64,000 nucleotides of DNA from Octopus sinensis (lineage: Eukaryota): positions 34,472,001 to 34,536,000 of the forward strand of contig NC_042997.1 of assembly GCF_006345805.1 (NCBI RefSeq). Direction: 5' to 3'. A program made the translations under genes and the position numbers. Within the stretch, counting starts at the first letter, position 1; each line of letters opens with the position of its first letter. The notes beneath the pieces are model-generated. The model did not search any database. It saw nothing but the letters and a program-made list of their open reading frames with translations, and was not told the origin of the DNA. Shown here one piece after another: positions 1-13,350 of the stretch.

Positions 1-1044
1 ACATGCATCGATTCAGCTAACCAATCCCGTTCGAAGCCAACTGTAGTATGAGCTTTCTCACGTAGAAGCCCGTCCATACACATACAACAATACGTGCATT
101 AGAACATACATACATACACACATGAATATTAGGCTAGTATTCGTTATGTGCTGCTTATGTAATTTTTCCCTATTTAAAAATTTAAATTATTATGGAAGCT
201 GTAATTAGTTAATTGTGCAGAATAAATATTAATTTCGATTTTATGGCAATTTTTAGCAAGTGTTGATTAGTGGAGATTAGAGATCACTCATCAGCTGAAG
301 TAAAATTTCTAGTTATTTCGCAGGATTAAAATTACAGTACCACGAAGCAGGATCCTTGGAAGGGGAATATCTTACACGTCTGTATATAAACGCAAAATAG
401 CCAAGTGGTAACTGCTTTAGATTATCAGTTACAGTTTATGAGTTAAAAATCATTTGATCCATTTAATCTTTTCTTGAAACGATTCTTTACGCTTCATTTC
501 TTCAGTTTACTTAGCCTATGGAATTACGTACAGTACATTCATAGGCCCTTTATGTAAACTCATCTAATTAAGGGTGCATTACACAGAACAACACAATGTT
601 GAAATAAACGGACAGATAATGCGGATAGTGTATATAATAATCTAAAGATCAAATTCCAAATCCAGTGAGGAAGTCGAAACAAATTCAGCGATAAAGTGTA
701 CAGAAATAATAAAAATGACTGTTGCTTACTTCACTCCTGACGATGTGAGTGTAAATGCCTTGATCCTGATAAAGGAATTGGACAAAAAGAGCTGCAAAGT
801 GCTTGTACATAAATGTGAAAAACAGTAAAATAATCACACACTGAATATCCTCCTCCTTCTCCTCCTCCTCCTCCTCCTCCCCCTCCTCATATCATCTCGC
901 TCCGTCTCTCTTTCGCCCTCTCCCTCTATATATACGCACGTAAATGTATATATGTAAATACAAACACACTACCACACACATTCATATGCATATATGTATA
1001 TGCACGAATATCCCAGAAGTGTGGGATGATATCGTTTTATATGC

Positions 1045-1365
1045 TTTTATTCTTTTATACTTTTACTTGTTTCACTCATTTGACCTCAGCCATGCTGGAG
1101 CACCGCCTTTAGTCGAACAATCGACCCTAGGAGTTATTCTTTGTAAGCTTAGTACTTATTCTACCGTCTATTTTTTGCCGAACCGCTAAGTTACGAGGAC
1201 GAAAACACATCATCAGTTGTCAAGCGATAGCGGACAAACACACACACGCAGACACACACACAGAGACACACACAGACACACACAGACGCGTGCGCACACT
1301 CACACACACACAACACACACACACACACACACATATATGTATATATATATATATATGTATGTATG
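1045..1365 (-). mobile_element. SINE family A, 3' half only (tail plus internal microsatellite)
   Basis: Matches the reverse complement of the tail of the full copies (acttgtttcactcatttgacctcagccatgctggagcaccgcc...) and ends in the CA/TA tract; the tRNA head is absent. Confidence 0.85.
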
Positions 1366-2356
1366 GCAAATGAATGACAGAAGGTGGAATATACGAGAAT
1401 TTATTATTAATCACGACAATTGTTTTGAAACATCTAACATCGATTCCTCGTGGGCAGGACAATCAACAACTGATTCAGGAGCATCCAGTGGTGCAGATGT
1501 ATCTCGTCAGGTGATAGATACAACTCGTTAAAATAAAAGTTTCGCAATGTAACTTCTCGTTTTGCTGAAAGAAAAGCAGCCAGACGGAGTAAATATCTTC
1601 ATTTATATAGACCAAAAATAAAATCAGATATGAAGAAAAGGAGAAAGGAACACGCACTACAGCGAGAGAAGTATCAAAAATAACCGTTAACAAATATGGA
1701 TGTATAAACGCCCTCGCGCAAGCAGATGGTGCGAGTACACTCGCTCATACAAGCATTCGCGAAGGTGTGAGCATATGCGCACGTGAGGTTTGGTGCACTC
1801 GTGATCACAAAGGGAGTTAACTATCTACTTGGTGTTTGTAAGAATTGGGAGGTTAAAAGTAAACTTCAGTTATCCATGCTTTAAAGTAAATTAAATTATA
1901 TTAACGGTTATTCAAAATTCATTCCCACTGCGTTGTGCGAATGTACATATATATGCGTGTAGGCACCTCGAGAATCTTTCAGAAATTCTATTAATAATCT
2001 ACTCCACAGAGTAAAAAGAGATTCCTCGGAGCAGAGACGGCCTCTCCTGAAAATTATATAATATGGTTTTGCGTGCCTTACTATGGAACAAGTTATGCTG
2101 TACTTCATTTTATCTTCCTTTAGTTGCCATACAAAATCTTCCAAAGATGCTAAATGTCTTTTATTGATTGTGTTAAAGCTGGCGACATGATTACGATAAC
2201 GATTCTTAAATGAGTCAGTCGTCTATCCAATGTAAACATTCGGCTATCCCCTAGTGTGCACAGTACATTTATATACAAGATTTGTACTCATACAGAAATT
2301 CATCAAAGGACATTTTGATTTTTCTCTGCATGAGAATTTATCGTTTTTATTTGTCT

Positions 2357-2745
2357 ACTAGCAGTATCGCCCGGCGTTGCTCGGGTTTGTAAGGGAAATA
2401 ACTATAAAGCATTTTTAGAGAGTTATAGCCAAAAAATAGCAAAAAAATGGAAAAAAAATGATGGTAAATTTTTTTTTTGAGAGTTAAAAAAGGTGGAGTT
2501 GCGTCCCCTAGACGGTCTGTGGTTTGGGTTTCTGATTCTCGACCCCATGTCGAATTTATCGATTTTTTTCAGAACTGGGGGAACTTTTCAAAATTTTCGC
2601 TGCGTTAGTTTTGAATTATGACATTGGGCTATGTGTGTGTCAAGTTTCATCAGAATCGGTTGAAAGCCGTGGTCAGAGTGAGGGTACGAGAAAACAGACA
2701 CACAGAAACACGCACAGACAAACTGCCGTTTATATAGAGAGAGAT
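2357..2745 (+). mobile_element. Helentron/HINE-like non-autonomous rolling-circle element
   Basis: 5' ACTAG followed by hairpin cccggcgttgctcggg; 3' CA-rich tract, short hairpin aaactgccgttt and TATATAGAGAGAGAT end. This layout resembles DINE-1/HINE elements. Confidence 0.6.
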
Positions 2746-3189
2746 AAGGCAGTCTCGACTCCATTTACCGATGTTGTTACCGAGTTAGCTGTATCATAAG
2801 TATATCTACTACGACAATTTGGTCGTAATTGGTGTTTATCATTGCGGTTTACATCTCCTTTGTTCATATTTAGATGTATATGTTCGGTAGATTTACTGAA
2901 CAATTGTCGCATTCTAGTACTGTTTATGTGGTGCATAAGCTGCTCTAAATTAGCAGAGTTGGCGTAGGGTACCTTCAATGTGTGCCGATTAAAAATAGCA
3001 TGATACCGATTAGATTTAGGAAAACTACTATACAGATGAAGTATACTAGCCATCTCAATATGGCTAACCACTAAGGGTGACTAGTATAGTTTACGTTGTC
3101 GAGCAGTTACTGTTTACATCTCCTTCAGAGATTTATTATTGCTTACTATACAGATCTAATATATATATATAAATATATATATGTGTGTG

Positions 3190-3363
3190 TGTACATAATT
3201 AAGATAAATGACCTCTATTAAGTAATTCAATAGTGAAAAACATTATCCACACCATACAGAAAAAATTAAATATACTATAATAAATATTTAATTTTTTCTA
3301 TATAATATAATGTCTTTCACTATTGAATTACTTAACAGAGGTTATTTCCCTTAATTATATACA
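3190..3363. repeat. Imperfect ~174 bp palindrome (foldback element) in TA/TG microsatellite
   Basis: Left arm taattaagataaatgacctctattaagtaattcaatagtgaaa is the near reverse complement of right arm tttcactattgaattacttaacagaggttatttcccttaatta. Confidence 0.8.
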
Positions 3364-4266
3364 TATATTATATATTGTGAAATTTGATTTAGAATTGCTA
3401 AATAAAATTTTTCCCTGTAATTTTGGAATTATATCCCCAACAATTACAATCTATAAGATATATCGAAAACAGAGAAATATATTTGAATGCATTTTAAAAG
3501 GAAAGAGGGAATTAAAAGTCTTTACAAAAAACAGTTTTCTATGTAAATCTATATAACTGACTTCCTAGAAAAAATAGTCATATCCTACTCGAACCATACC
3601 CTATAACTGAAATGGTTTGAGTGGCATATGACTACATTGTCCAATATGTAGAAATTGGACAATGTAGTTTTTGGTGCACAGTGTGTTGTAATTGGGGTGA
3701 TTTTGCCCATAGAATCTCCTCGCAATGTGTGAGGGAGAGATATCATTTATATTTTGTAATTCCAAAATATTAACATTTGCTATCTCATGCTGTATAACAA
3801 ATTAATATTAAATCGAAATTAAAATGCTATTAACTGTAACCACAATTAACTGAAAGCCACTAAATCGTTATATTTTGTTTTAGTATTAGAATCATTTAAC
3901 TAAAACGAAAAAAAAACAAAAAAAACTTTGGTTATGAGTTTATCATATTCTTGGGCATCATCCAGCTGCTGATAAAAAAGCTGGTGGATGGTATGGCATA
4001 ATATTGCCAAGCCGCAAACACTAGTATACCAATGAGATAATTTTTTTAATCAAGGAATATTAGTAAGCGGAAGAAGCCTTAAGCTGTAAAGATTACAAAT
4101 CTGCTGGTGAGATTAGTATCTCAGGCTCCTGAAAAGCGTTTGAGAGTCTAATTTAAGCAACATATTGTTTTTAGGTATTGTCTCACGTTCATAATGAGTT
4201 ATGTAGTAATTTACTTTTATTAATCAAAACGAAAATTGTTTTTTAATTGTGATAGGATGCATTGTA

Positions 4267-4520
4267 TTCTTTTATTCTTTTACTGGTTTCAGTCATTTGA
4301 CTGCGGCCATGCTGGAGTACCGCCTTTAGTAGTCGAACGAATCGAACTCAGGACTTATTCTTTGTAAAGCTAGCACTTATTCTATCGGTCGCTTTTGCGG
4401 AATCGATAGGCTACGAGGACGTAAACACAACCAATGTCGGTTGTCAAGCAATGGTGGGGGACAACACAGATACACAAACATACTGACACACAGACACACA
4501 CACACACACACACACACACA

Positions 4521-4588
<68 letters not shown>

Positions 4589-4745
4589 CGACAGACTTCT
4601 TTCAGTTTCTGTCTATCAAATCCACGCACAAGGCTTCAGTCGGCACGAAGCTATAATAGAAGACAGTAACCCAAGGTTTCACGCAGTGGCACTGAAGCCG
4701 GAACCATGCGGTTGGAAAGCAAGCTTCTAACCACACAGCCACGAT
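4267..4745 (-). mobile_element. SINE family A, near full length
   Basis: Tail, internal (CA)n(TA)n and tRNA-like head are all present; collinear with 15868-16300. Confidence 0.9.
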
Positions 4746-5372
4746 TGCAATATTTTAATATCTAAAGGTTGATAAATTATTTCCAAAAATTTATATTCTT
4801 TATGATTTGAAAATCTAAAATAAATGTATGGGTATTTATTTCCTATTTGAATGGCTGATATTCAATAACATTGTGAGCTTTAAAATAATCAGGAATTATG
4901 AAAAAGAAAAAAAATAATGGTAAAATCAATGCAATGTCAAATAATTTGACATTTCGAGAAATATTTATAAAATCTGTTTTACTCTGCTATTATAAAACAC
5001 ATAATTTCACACGTCTAAAACAATACGTGGACGAATGACAAAGTAATAGAATGGATTGCAACAAAATGTCAATCAAAGAATCCGTATACGTTAAATCCAT
5101 ACGAACTACACGTACGAGGAGGCTCCACAATGAACTGGTGGGCGCATTATCGCAGGGTATGATGACAATCAGAATGAAAAGTTAAGACGATGTTGTTACA
5201 TAAAATTATCAAGGTTTCAATCGTATCCAATTGCTAGAAGGACAGTTTCTTCGTTATACATTGGTTTGCACGCATAGTTAATTAATCAATTAAACAATCA
5301 ATTAATGGAATAGTTTAACCTCAATCATTCTCACGGGACCCTAAACATTATTGTAGAATTTTCAAGCATATA

Positions 5373-5589
5373 TGAGGGGTTTCTCGAAAGTTCCTTGCTT
5401 TGGGTAAAAGAAAATACAGAAGGATCATTTAATTATAATTTTATTCAACATATTCCCCTCTCAGATTCACACGCTTATTGTAGCGGTCCTTCAGTTTTTC
5501 TATGGCCCATAAAAGAATTTGGAAAGTTGGGCCTCCAACTAGGTCTTTTGCGAAATCCTTCAAGCCAGGCAATTTTCACTACCCCCTCG
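5373..5589. mobile_element. mariner-type MITE (~215 bp), copy 1
   Basis: TA flanks at 5371-72 and 5590-91; degenerate ~28 bp TIRs; alignable to 16311-16521 over its whole length. Confidence 0.8.
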
Positions 5590-5909
5590 TACTGCGGTGA
5601 CGGTGGGTTTGCATTGTATCAGTGTTATAAACATCAATTATTCGCCTATTAAGAATTCAAGAGGTGGAGATTGTAGATAATTAACATATCGAATTCTTTG
5701 ATTTTGTAAAAATTTGCCACAGTACATAATTTTGGGGAGCTTTGCAAATCATAGAAGTTCAGGGTTCGAAGAGATTTGTTTAGGGCACACTAATTCATTA
5801 AATGGTCGACTAACTGATTAATTATTAAAATAATTATACAGCCAAACGTATGTATTGAGTGAAACGATTTCTGTAACTATTGGAAGCGATCACAGCGTCG
5901 AGTAAAATT

Positions 5910-6219
<310 letters not shown>

Positions 6220-6220
<1 letters not shown>

Positions 6221-6290
6221 TTTCACGAGCTTGCTGTTCCGTTGATCGGATCAACTAGAATCCTCGCTGTCGTAACCGACGGAGTGCCAG
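6220..6290 (+). mobile_element. SINE family B, 3' tail fragment
   Basis: aatttcacgagcttgctgttccgttgatcggatcaac...cgtaaccgacggagtgc matches 55160-55228. Confidence 0.8.
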
Positions 6291-6322
6291 TGTAAGGAAT
6301 TCTCGAACGGTGTTTTCCCACA

Positions 6323-8197
6323 ATTATAGTCCCAGTCAGTATACATGTATACAATTACGTGCTTTGACTACAGCAGTAGAACACTTTAGCACTTATCTCT
6401 AGCAATGTAGGTGTTTCTAACACCCTATTCTCTTTTGCGACAATTGTAATTTTCCTTTTGGTAAAACATTATAAATTGCTGTCTATATTGATTTTTTTGT
6501 ATACACATTAGCGATTCGCTAAATCATCCATAAATTTCTATGATGAAACCATATATACTGATAGAAAATTAGGTCCAGAATCTACCGAAGTAGAACCAGT
6601 CGTTACCTATGAGGGAACGGAAATTACCGAAACTGACGTCAGTATAAAGAATTCTAAAACAGTGCTTTCGGACGATTATAGCCCCTGCCAATATATATGT
6701 ATACAATTATGTTCTTTGCCTACAGGATTAGAACAGTTTAGCTCTTATTTCTTGCAATGTAGGTGTTTCTAACAACCTAGTCATATTTAGTGACAGATAT
6801 ATATATTTTTTGGTAATACATTGCAAACTGCTGTCGATATAAATCATATATATATATATAATTTCAGGATTCAAGTGAATCAGGTTCTTAAATAGTAAAG
6901 CACCAAGGTCGGGTTTGTGGAATCTATATCATCTACGAAACTACATTAGAGAAACATATACCTACATACCAAAATAAAGAGGGATTTACTTTCCGGTTGC
7001 ATGTACGATCAAAAGCGTCCGACTGAATATACCACGACTTCAGCACTGTACCTAGGTACAAGTACTGCACCAATTGTACTGCACTGGATAGGCTCCAGAT
7101 CCACGCTAACTGCAAGTTCAGATATACCCGAATTTATGGGCATGTTCTACAAAAGTGATATCTAGTATTACATACTTTAAATAGTGGTTCACTCATTACA
7201 GCTGTTTCAGACGTGTTTTGTTGTAATTGATGAATAGAATTGTTACATCGTCTGATAAAAACCGTCTCATCAGGTGAATATACGCGCGAATTGAGCATTA
7301 AAAAAATCATTCCAACGAATCCAAGTATGTGCCGTTTCATGATTCCCTGGCGCCCCAGGGAATCATACTCACTTTCTATTTTTGGTGAAACTTGAAGGAT
7401 TTTGTGATAATTTGACTAAAGTGAATATATATTGATTTTCTGTATACACATTAGCAATTTTCTAAATGATCCATAGATTTCTATGATGAAACCATATATA
7501 CTGATAGAGAATTAAGTCCGGAATCAGCCGGTCCACCGCAAATTGGTCCACCGCACGACGTCTTTCAGAACAGATAAAAATTCTTCGTCTCTCCCAGTGG
7601 AAGGAAGGTAGCTGGACGACCTTCACAATGCCGGATCCGTTCTATTCGTGACAACAGGTATTCAACATAAACCCAAGTCTGTAATGCTTCAGCACTGGGT
7701 GGGTGCATGCATAATAGTTTCACCTCCCTGTGTGCATCTCAGACAAGCCTAGTCGACAGTACTTCTATACCTGATGAGTTCATGTTCATTTTGAGCTGGC
7801 AATGCCAGGTAGCACATCCAGGCCAAGATTTCTGGAAATTTGATACGGGCCCCAAACCGAAAGTACAACGGGGATTTCTGTCCAAATCTCCCATCTAATC
7901 CCGAGCCACTTTTCTTTTCGAAATCTTTTTTCTTTCTAGAAGCTTGCTGTTTTTTTTAACCACACAGTTCACTAACCGCCAGAAATCTAGCTCTGGTGGT
8001 TTCTTTGTGACTTTTACTCGGATCAACCTTCGTCTCGTGTAAATCGGTATTAATGTGGATTATTCCGTTTTCCTTTGTTGGACGGTGCCGTACTTCTGAC
8101 TAGGCATTGAGAGTAGAAAATACTCAGATATACTTGAGTTTATGGGCATTTTCTACAAAAGTGATATCTAGTAATACATACTTTAAATATAGTTCAG
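6323..8197. repeat. Old local duplication cluster of three modules
   Basis: 6323-6490 ~ 6675-6840; 6485-6580 ~ 7429-7525; 7118-7190 ~ 8124-8197. Confidence 0.75.
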
Positions 8198-8880
8198 TTA
8201 TGCTTTATGCTGTAACATGTGCCTTTTCATCGACAAATATCTACGCATAAATGTTTTCTTTTCTGTTTGCTATAAGAGGTATTGCGGCATATCAATCTTA
8301 ACTCTACCCTGCCTTTGTTCTATACGGTTAATGTGTTTCTCTGCCTCTTTTAAATGCTCATGCTTGTTCTCTAGAGCAATGGCATCAAACACATTTGTGA
8401 TTTTGGCAAAATAAATATTTTTTGTCGGTTTTAATGCTGTTGGTAGTGTTAGAACTACTGTTGTTATTGTTATTGCGTCTGTTTTGGATTATGGTGGTGA
8501 TGGTGGTGGTTGTGGTGGTAGTGGTGATGATAGTAGTCGTATTGGCAATGCAGGATTTGTTGCTTCTGGCCATTTTCCGAGCTTCTGTATTTAGCATTTC
8601 ATTGTTTCTCGCTACTGCTACACTTACTAATGTTGGTTTTGTTATTGCTGTTAGTACTATTTTTGATTATTCTGAAGAAATATGTGTGAGAAGCTGATTG
8701 CAAAGGATGAATTCAACTCCAAAACCTCCCCTCCTTCCTCTCTTCATGAATCTGCGACGAAGATGACGCCATTGTGAAAGTAATTTTTCTGTCTCGAAAA
8801 AGAAAAATGTTGTTTTTTTTTATTTCCAACGTATCATGGATGTCTCGTTATAACACCGAATACTGTACTATAAGTCTTGA

Positions 8881-9070
8881 GAGATTCCTTCATAGAGACA
8901 CTTGGTGCATAAAAGCTTACACATAGATCGCTGCAGGCGAGAATCGTGCTTCATGGGCGCAGGAATTTCCACATCACATGATTTCATTCGGCGCCCATGA
9001 CATACGATTCTCACCTGCTACGATTTACGTGTGTGCTTTAATGCACCGAGCGGCTCTATGAGGGGATCCC
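8881..9070. mobile_element. ~190 bp foldback MITE, possibly PIF/Harbinger-like
   Basis: Arms of ~80 bp (catagagacacttggtgcataaaagc...gggcgc vs gcgcccatga...atgcaccgagcggctctatg); right end ggatccc followed by TTA. Confidence 0.6.
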
Positions 9071-9514
9071 TTATGGCTAACAACGCAGTATTCGATGTCC
9101 TAACAGAACATCCACATTAAGTTGTATATAATGATTACTTTTTACTATTAATACTGCTTCCGACGTTAATAATTAATTCTGAATTAATTTTTTAAAATGT
9201 CTTTCATTTAATATTTTACCGCGTACGCCGAGTGACAAAAACCGTTGATCAACCCTTTAGAGTGCTGGTCGACTAAGAAACACGGCTGAACAATAAAATT
9301 CACAAAAAAAGATGACTTGTAATTAGGAAAATAAAGCACAAACTCACGGAGCTTTCGAAAGGCGTCCATCAGCATTATCGAAAAACATTAAGAAAAACAA
9401 CAACTCCTACAATATCAAAAGCAACAACCACAAAAATGACAATAACAATCACAACAACAGCAACAACATCAACACAATCAATTCCATGTAGCCACAACAG
9501 AAGTTGCTGGAAAA

Positions 9515-9820
9515 CATAGATGGGATTAGCTGAAGAAAGGAACACTTTAAAAAAAAGAGACCGTGAGCACTATACTGGCAACGCAAGACCAAGCTTTGGC
9601 CACGAATTGGAGGGTCAATCTTAGGAATGAACAAGTGTCTCCGCTGTGCCGCATCTCAAACAGAGTGGACGAAATCATTACCCATTCACGAACGAATGCC
9701 CTAGACTTGTCCAAAGCAACTACAAGTTGTGGCGACATGATAAGGTAGCGGTAAGTGCTACATTGAAAACTGTGCGAGAAGTGTGGGCTAAAGGGATGCA
9801 AAGTGTGGTATGAGCACAAA
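9515..9820 (+). mobile_element. RLE-type non-LTR retrotransposon relic (R4/Dong-like), post-RT/zinc-knuckle region
   Basis: Translates with frameshifts to LKKGT..KETVSTILATQDQALATN..SPLCR..H..LH*KLCEKCGLKGCKVWYEH, resembling ETE..I.AAQDQAL..CR.C..H..WYEH of this group. Confidence 0.75.
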
Positions 9821-10202
9821 CTGCAGAGAGATTGGCTGTCAGACAATTCCTACTACCACATCTGGCCACCTAACTCCCCAGACTACAATCCCTTGATTAT
9901 TATATGTAGGGCGCAGTTGAGCGAGAGACCAACAAGACTCCTTGTAACACCAAATATGAACTGAAGGCAAGGATTATGGCAGCAGTCACCAACTTAAACA
10001 AAGAAACTGTCCAGAAGAGTTGCAGGAAATTCTGAAGTCGTCTGGAGGCCGTGGTTGAAGGCAATGGCGACTTTTTGGAATAAATTTACTCTTTAGTATT
10101 TCTAGATATTTTTATGTGATTTTGGTAAATATATCTGTTAAAATAGAATGTCAGTGTTATTTTCATTTTTGCATACTTTTCACGACAATTTATTCACCGC
10201 GC
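9821..10202 (+). mobile_element. Tc1/maT-like transposase C-terminal relic with 3' end
   Basis: IWPPNSPDYNPLDYYM*GAVERETNKTPCNTKYELKARI...RLEAVVEGNGDFLE*, with the stop at 10081-83. Confidence 0.85.
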
Positions 10203-10593
10203 ATATGTGTGTGTGTGTGCGTGCGTGATAGCTAAAAACAAATACGAAATATGCAAACAAAAGCAAAAGAAATAACAATTTGCTATTTTAGAACGGAAAG
10301 CAAATTAAAAGGAAAGTAAATGAAAAAGAATCTGTCCTAATATCTCAAACAGGAAGTATATTAGGCTTGTTTATTCAAATTACATATAAACTGTAAGATC
10401 TCAAAGCGAGATCAACTTTTCGATCGAGATAAAAGAAATATCTGTATATCTATATCTGTATTTACACATTTCCTCTCTCCTTTACTCCATATCGTTCATA
10501 CCCATATATCTACAAACACATATACACCAATATAAGCATCTATTTAGTTAAATATACACACAAATACATCCATAAAACTTTATTAGTTGTGCA

Positions 10594-10654
<61 letters not shown>

Positions 10655-10655
<1 letters not shown>

Positions 10656-11945
10656 GTTGAAATTTACAGAAAAACAGAAGACGGAGACAGGTGTATGAAC
10701 AACAAGCTTGTGAAAAAGTCTTTTAAGTTTCAAGCCTACGCTCTTCAACAGAAAGGAATAAGAGAAAATTAACACAGAGAAAATAAAAGAATAAAAGAAC
10801 TTGTAGATGTTGTGATCAAGCATGGCGACTGTTTCGGATAAAAAAGGTTTGGCAGGAGAGGTTGAAAGAAGGGGAGATGATAAAGTATTGGGGATCTCAA
10901 AACGAAGGTGTGCGTGCGTGTGTGTGTGTGGATAGGGGCTATTAATTTTGACGTGTGTGGATGTGTGTGTGTGTAAGTGTGTGCGTCTGTAACGTGTGGG
11001 TTTGTGGATGATGGTGAGTGGTATGGGTATTGGGAAGTCGTCAGTGCTAGTTTGTGTGGAGTGGTGTGGGGTGGTGTGATGTGGTGTGGTTGTAAGTGGG
11101 TGTGTGGATGTGGGATTAAGGTGTGGGGTGTGGGGATGGGGGCGGTATCAATGACGAGAAAGTGTAGGTAGGAGTGAAAAGAGGAAGTAGATGTCACATG
11201 ATGAGAGGAAAGGAGGGAGTCACCTGAAGAGAGGAGGGGAGTTGAGCCTATGTGGTGCAAAGCGAAGAGAGAAAACAATCCGAACACAGAGAGGTGTTGT
11301 AGTGAATGACCGGCAGAGCGGAAATGGCTCGAGGCCGGGGTGTCATTGCCAAGTCTGATGCCTCGGAGTTGCTCCGCATACCGGTCAGCCAAGCGTCGTC
11401 CCGTTTGACCGATGTACAGAGAAGGCCAGAAAGAGCATGTGATGCAATAAATGACGTTACTAGAAGTGCAGGTAAAGGAGACGGTGATATGATAAGAACG
11501 AGATGGGTGTCTGTGAAGACGGTGGTGTTCGAGAGGTAGGGGCAAGTGGGCGGGAGCAGGGAAATGAGTCAGGCTGGGAGGTGGAGTTAGGGAAGAAACT
11601 GTGGACCAGGAGGTCACGCAGGTTATGCGCTCGTTTGAAGGCGGGTAGGTTGAGGAAGATGTACGAGGTGGAGGAGTCGGACAGGAGTCGCCAGAAGGCT
11701 CGGAGAATGGTACGTTAAAGGGGTAGAGTGAAGGGGTGTTACATGAGGGGATCGGGTGACGGGCAACGGTGGAGTGGGTGCGGGGTAAGAGAGCAGAGGC
11801 ACGGTCCCCGGAAAGTGCTCTGGCAAGGGTTGTGTAGATAGTGGTGAGGGGATATCCACGAAGGGTAAAGTGGCCAGTCTCAAAGTTATGGGTGTCACTT
11901 CAGAGCTTGGACAGACGGAGGAATTGGCGCGTGCATCTTTGAACA
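10655..11945 (-). mobile_element. Penelope-like element, 5'-truncated: RT thumb (RGYP), linker, GIY-YIG endonuclease and 3' pLTR with hammerhead-like motif
   Basis: ORF 10769-11617 contains FTCTSSNVIYCITC..LYIGQTGRRLADR..EQLRGI..SSHF; a frameshifted FTLRGYP lies near 11850; the 3' end abuts (TA)n at 10597-10650. Confidence 0.9.
10720..10755 (-). ncRNA. Degenerate minimal type I hammerhead motif in the PLE 3' end
   Basis: CTTT-CTGTTGA-A-GAGC gtag GCTT-GAA-ACTT-A-AAAG; three deviations from the canonical form (A6U, C11.1U, G16.2U). Confidence 0.55.
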
Positions 11946-13350
11946 AAACACCTCATAGCACATTACACTGCGATCACTTCGGTACCTGACGTATTGTACT
12001 CCGTACACTTGTTGAAACAGCAGCAATTTGATGGTAGGAAGCAGCTAACATTTGATCACTAACATTTTATCATAATAAAGATATCTCTGCATGTTTGACA
12101 AGAAATTGCCGAAAATCGTCTTTCTCGGACTATGAGAGTCTAACATCATATATGCGTGTGTACGATTTTTAATATATTTATATATGTATATATGTAGATG
12201 GATATTTAACTTGTTGGTGTACATTCACATGCACAATGAGTGTCACAGCAATAATTGACTTGGAAGAGCAATTTTCCCTGATACAGAATGCATGTGAAAT
12301 CACCATGCTAGGATATAACCGACGTCATCCTACTGTGGGATAAGTGTTTCTGCGTCGTTGCGTGTGTTTTATATGCATGCATACACAGCCACACACACAC
12401 ACACTCACACACAAGTGTACACATATACACACACACATAATACCATATATTAAAATTCTTTCTATATTCTATCCTCTTCCCGGCATGTCATGCAACACTG
12501 ACAAAGAGAATAACAAGGACTAACAATGGGAGTGCCATTGAATCATGGCAAACCTAAGCCCGGAAGTTTTGTTATCGTTTCAGTTGTGAATTACATACAA
12601 TGATGCATAACTGAAATGATAACAAAACTTCAATTCATGATGCAGTTGTTTCACCCTGCAAGCTTTAAAGCCATACGTTCAAGGATTTCTACAAAATCTA
12701 GTGTCATTATGTATCGCATGAGAATTCCTTCTCAAAATACCCCATTTATTACAGTTTGTTCTTATGAAGTTGTCATACGCATATTTACACATTCAAAATT
12801 AAAGTTTAACTAAACTTTCTCCAAAAGTTGTTGTCTTAAAGACCTTGTAAGTAATATGGCGCACGTCGCAAAGTTTGCAATTCTGTCCCAACGTTAAGCT
12901 GAGTTATCAGTCGACGCTCCTCTCACGCCTTCCACACCTTTGCATTCCTCTAATTCGTAATTCACCCCACGAGAAATAGCAAGTAAATTGCTTTGAATCA
13001 CACTATACTCTCTTAGAAATAGCTACGTTGGATAATATGGACCTGAGTTCTTTGAACATCAGAAAATACATGTTGGCCACGGATGGAATGTCTTGAATCA
13101 AACGCCTCTTTATCAGAGCTGGCACGTGAGTTAAACAACGAGAAAAACGTCGATCGCTATCTGCTGTATCGAGAAATATATAGCACTACATTTATATATA
13201 CGTGCACACACACATAGACATAACACACACGCATATACACACATAAATATGTACAAACATATGCACACACACACACAGAGGCATATACACTGTTTATACT
13301 ATAATCATATGCCACTGTCAAAACTCAACTGTTAGAATAGTGTTATCACA

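Noticed and set aside
230-300. Minus-strand CUGAUGA ~55 nt upstream of CGAAA
   Set aside because: No convincing stem II or stem I. Other isolated CTGATGA hits (7771, 7265, 15589, 36825) lack a GAAA partner.
1371-1537. ORF tail followed by AATAAA
   Set aside because: No acceptor or upstream exon; it begins in a SINE microsatellite.
6535-6567. ATGATGA...CTGA with a tttcta/tagaaa stem, identical in two copies (also 7478-7510); resembles box C/D
   Set aside because: Only 11 nt separate the boxes, and the pairing register does not give a canonical K-turn bulge; too short for a snoRNA.
8230-8700. Low-complexity Thr/Pro/His-rich minus-strand frames
   Set aside because: Stops occur in all frames and there is no recognisable domain; possibly a decayed LINE ORF1, but unsupported.
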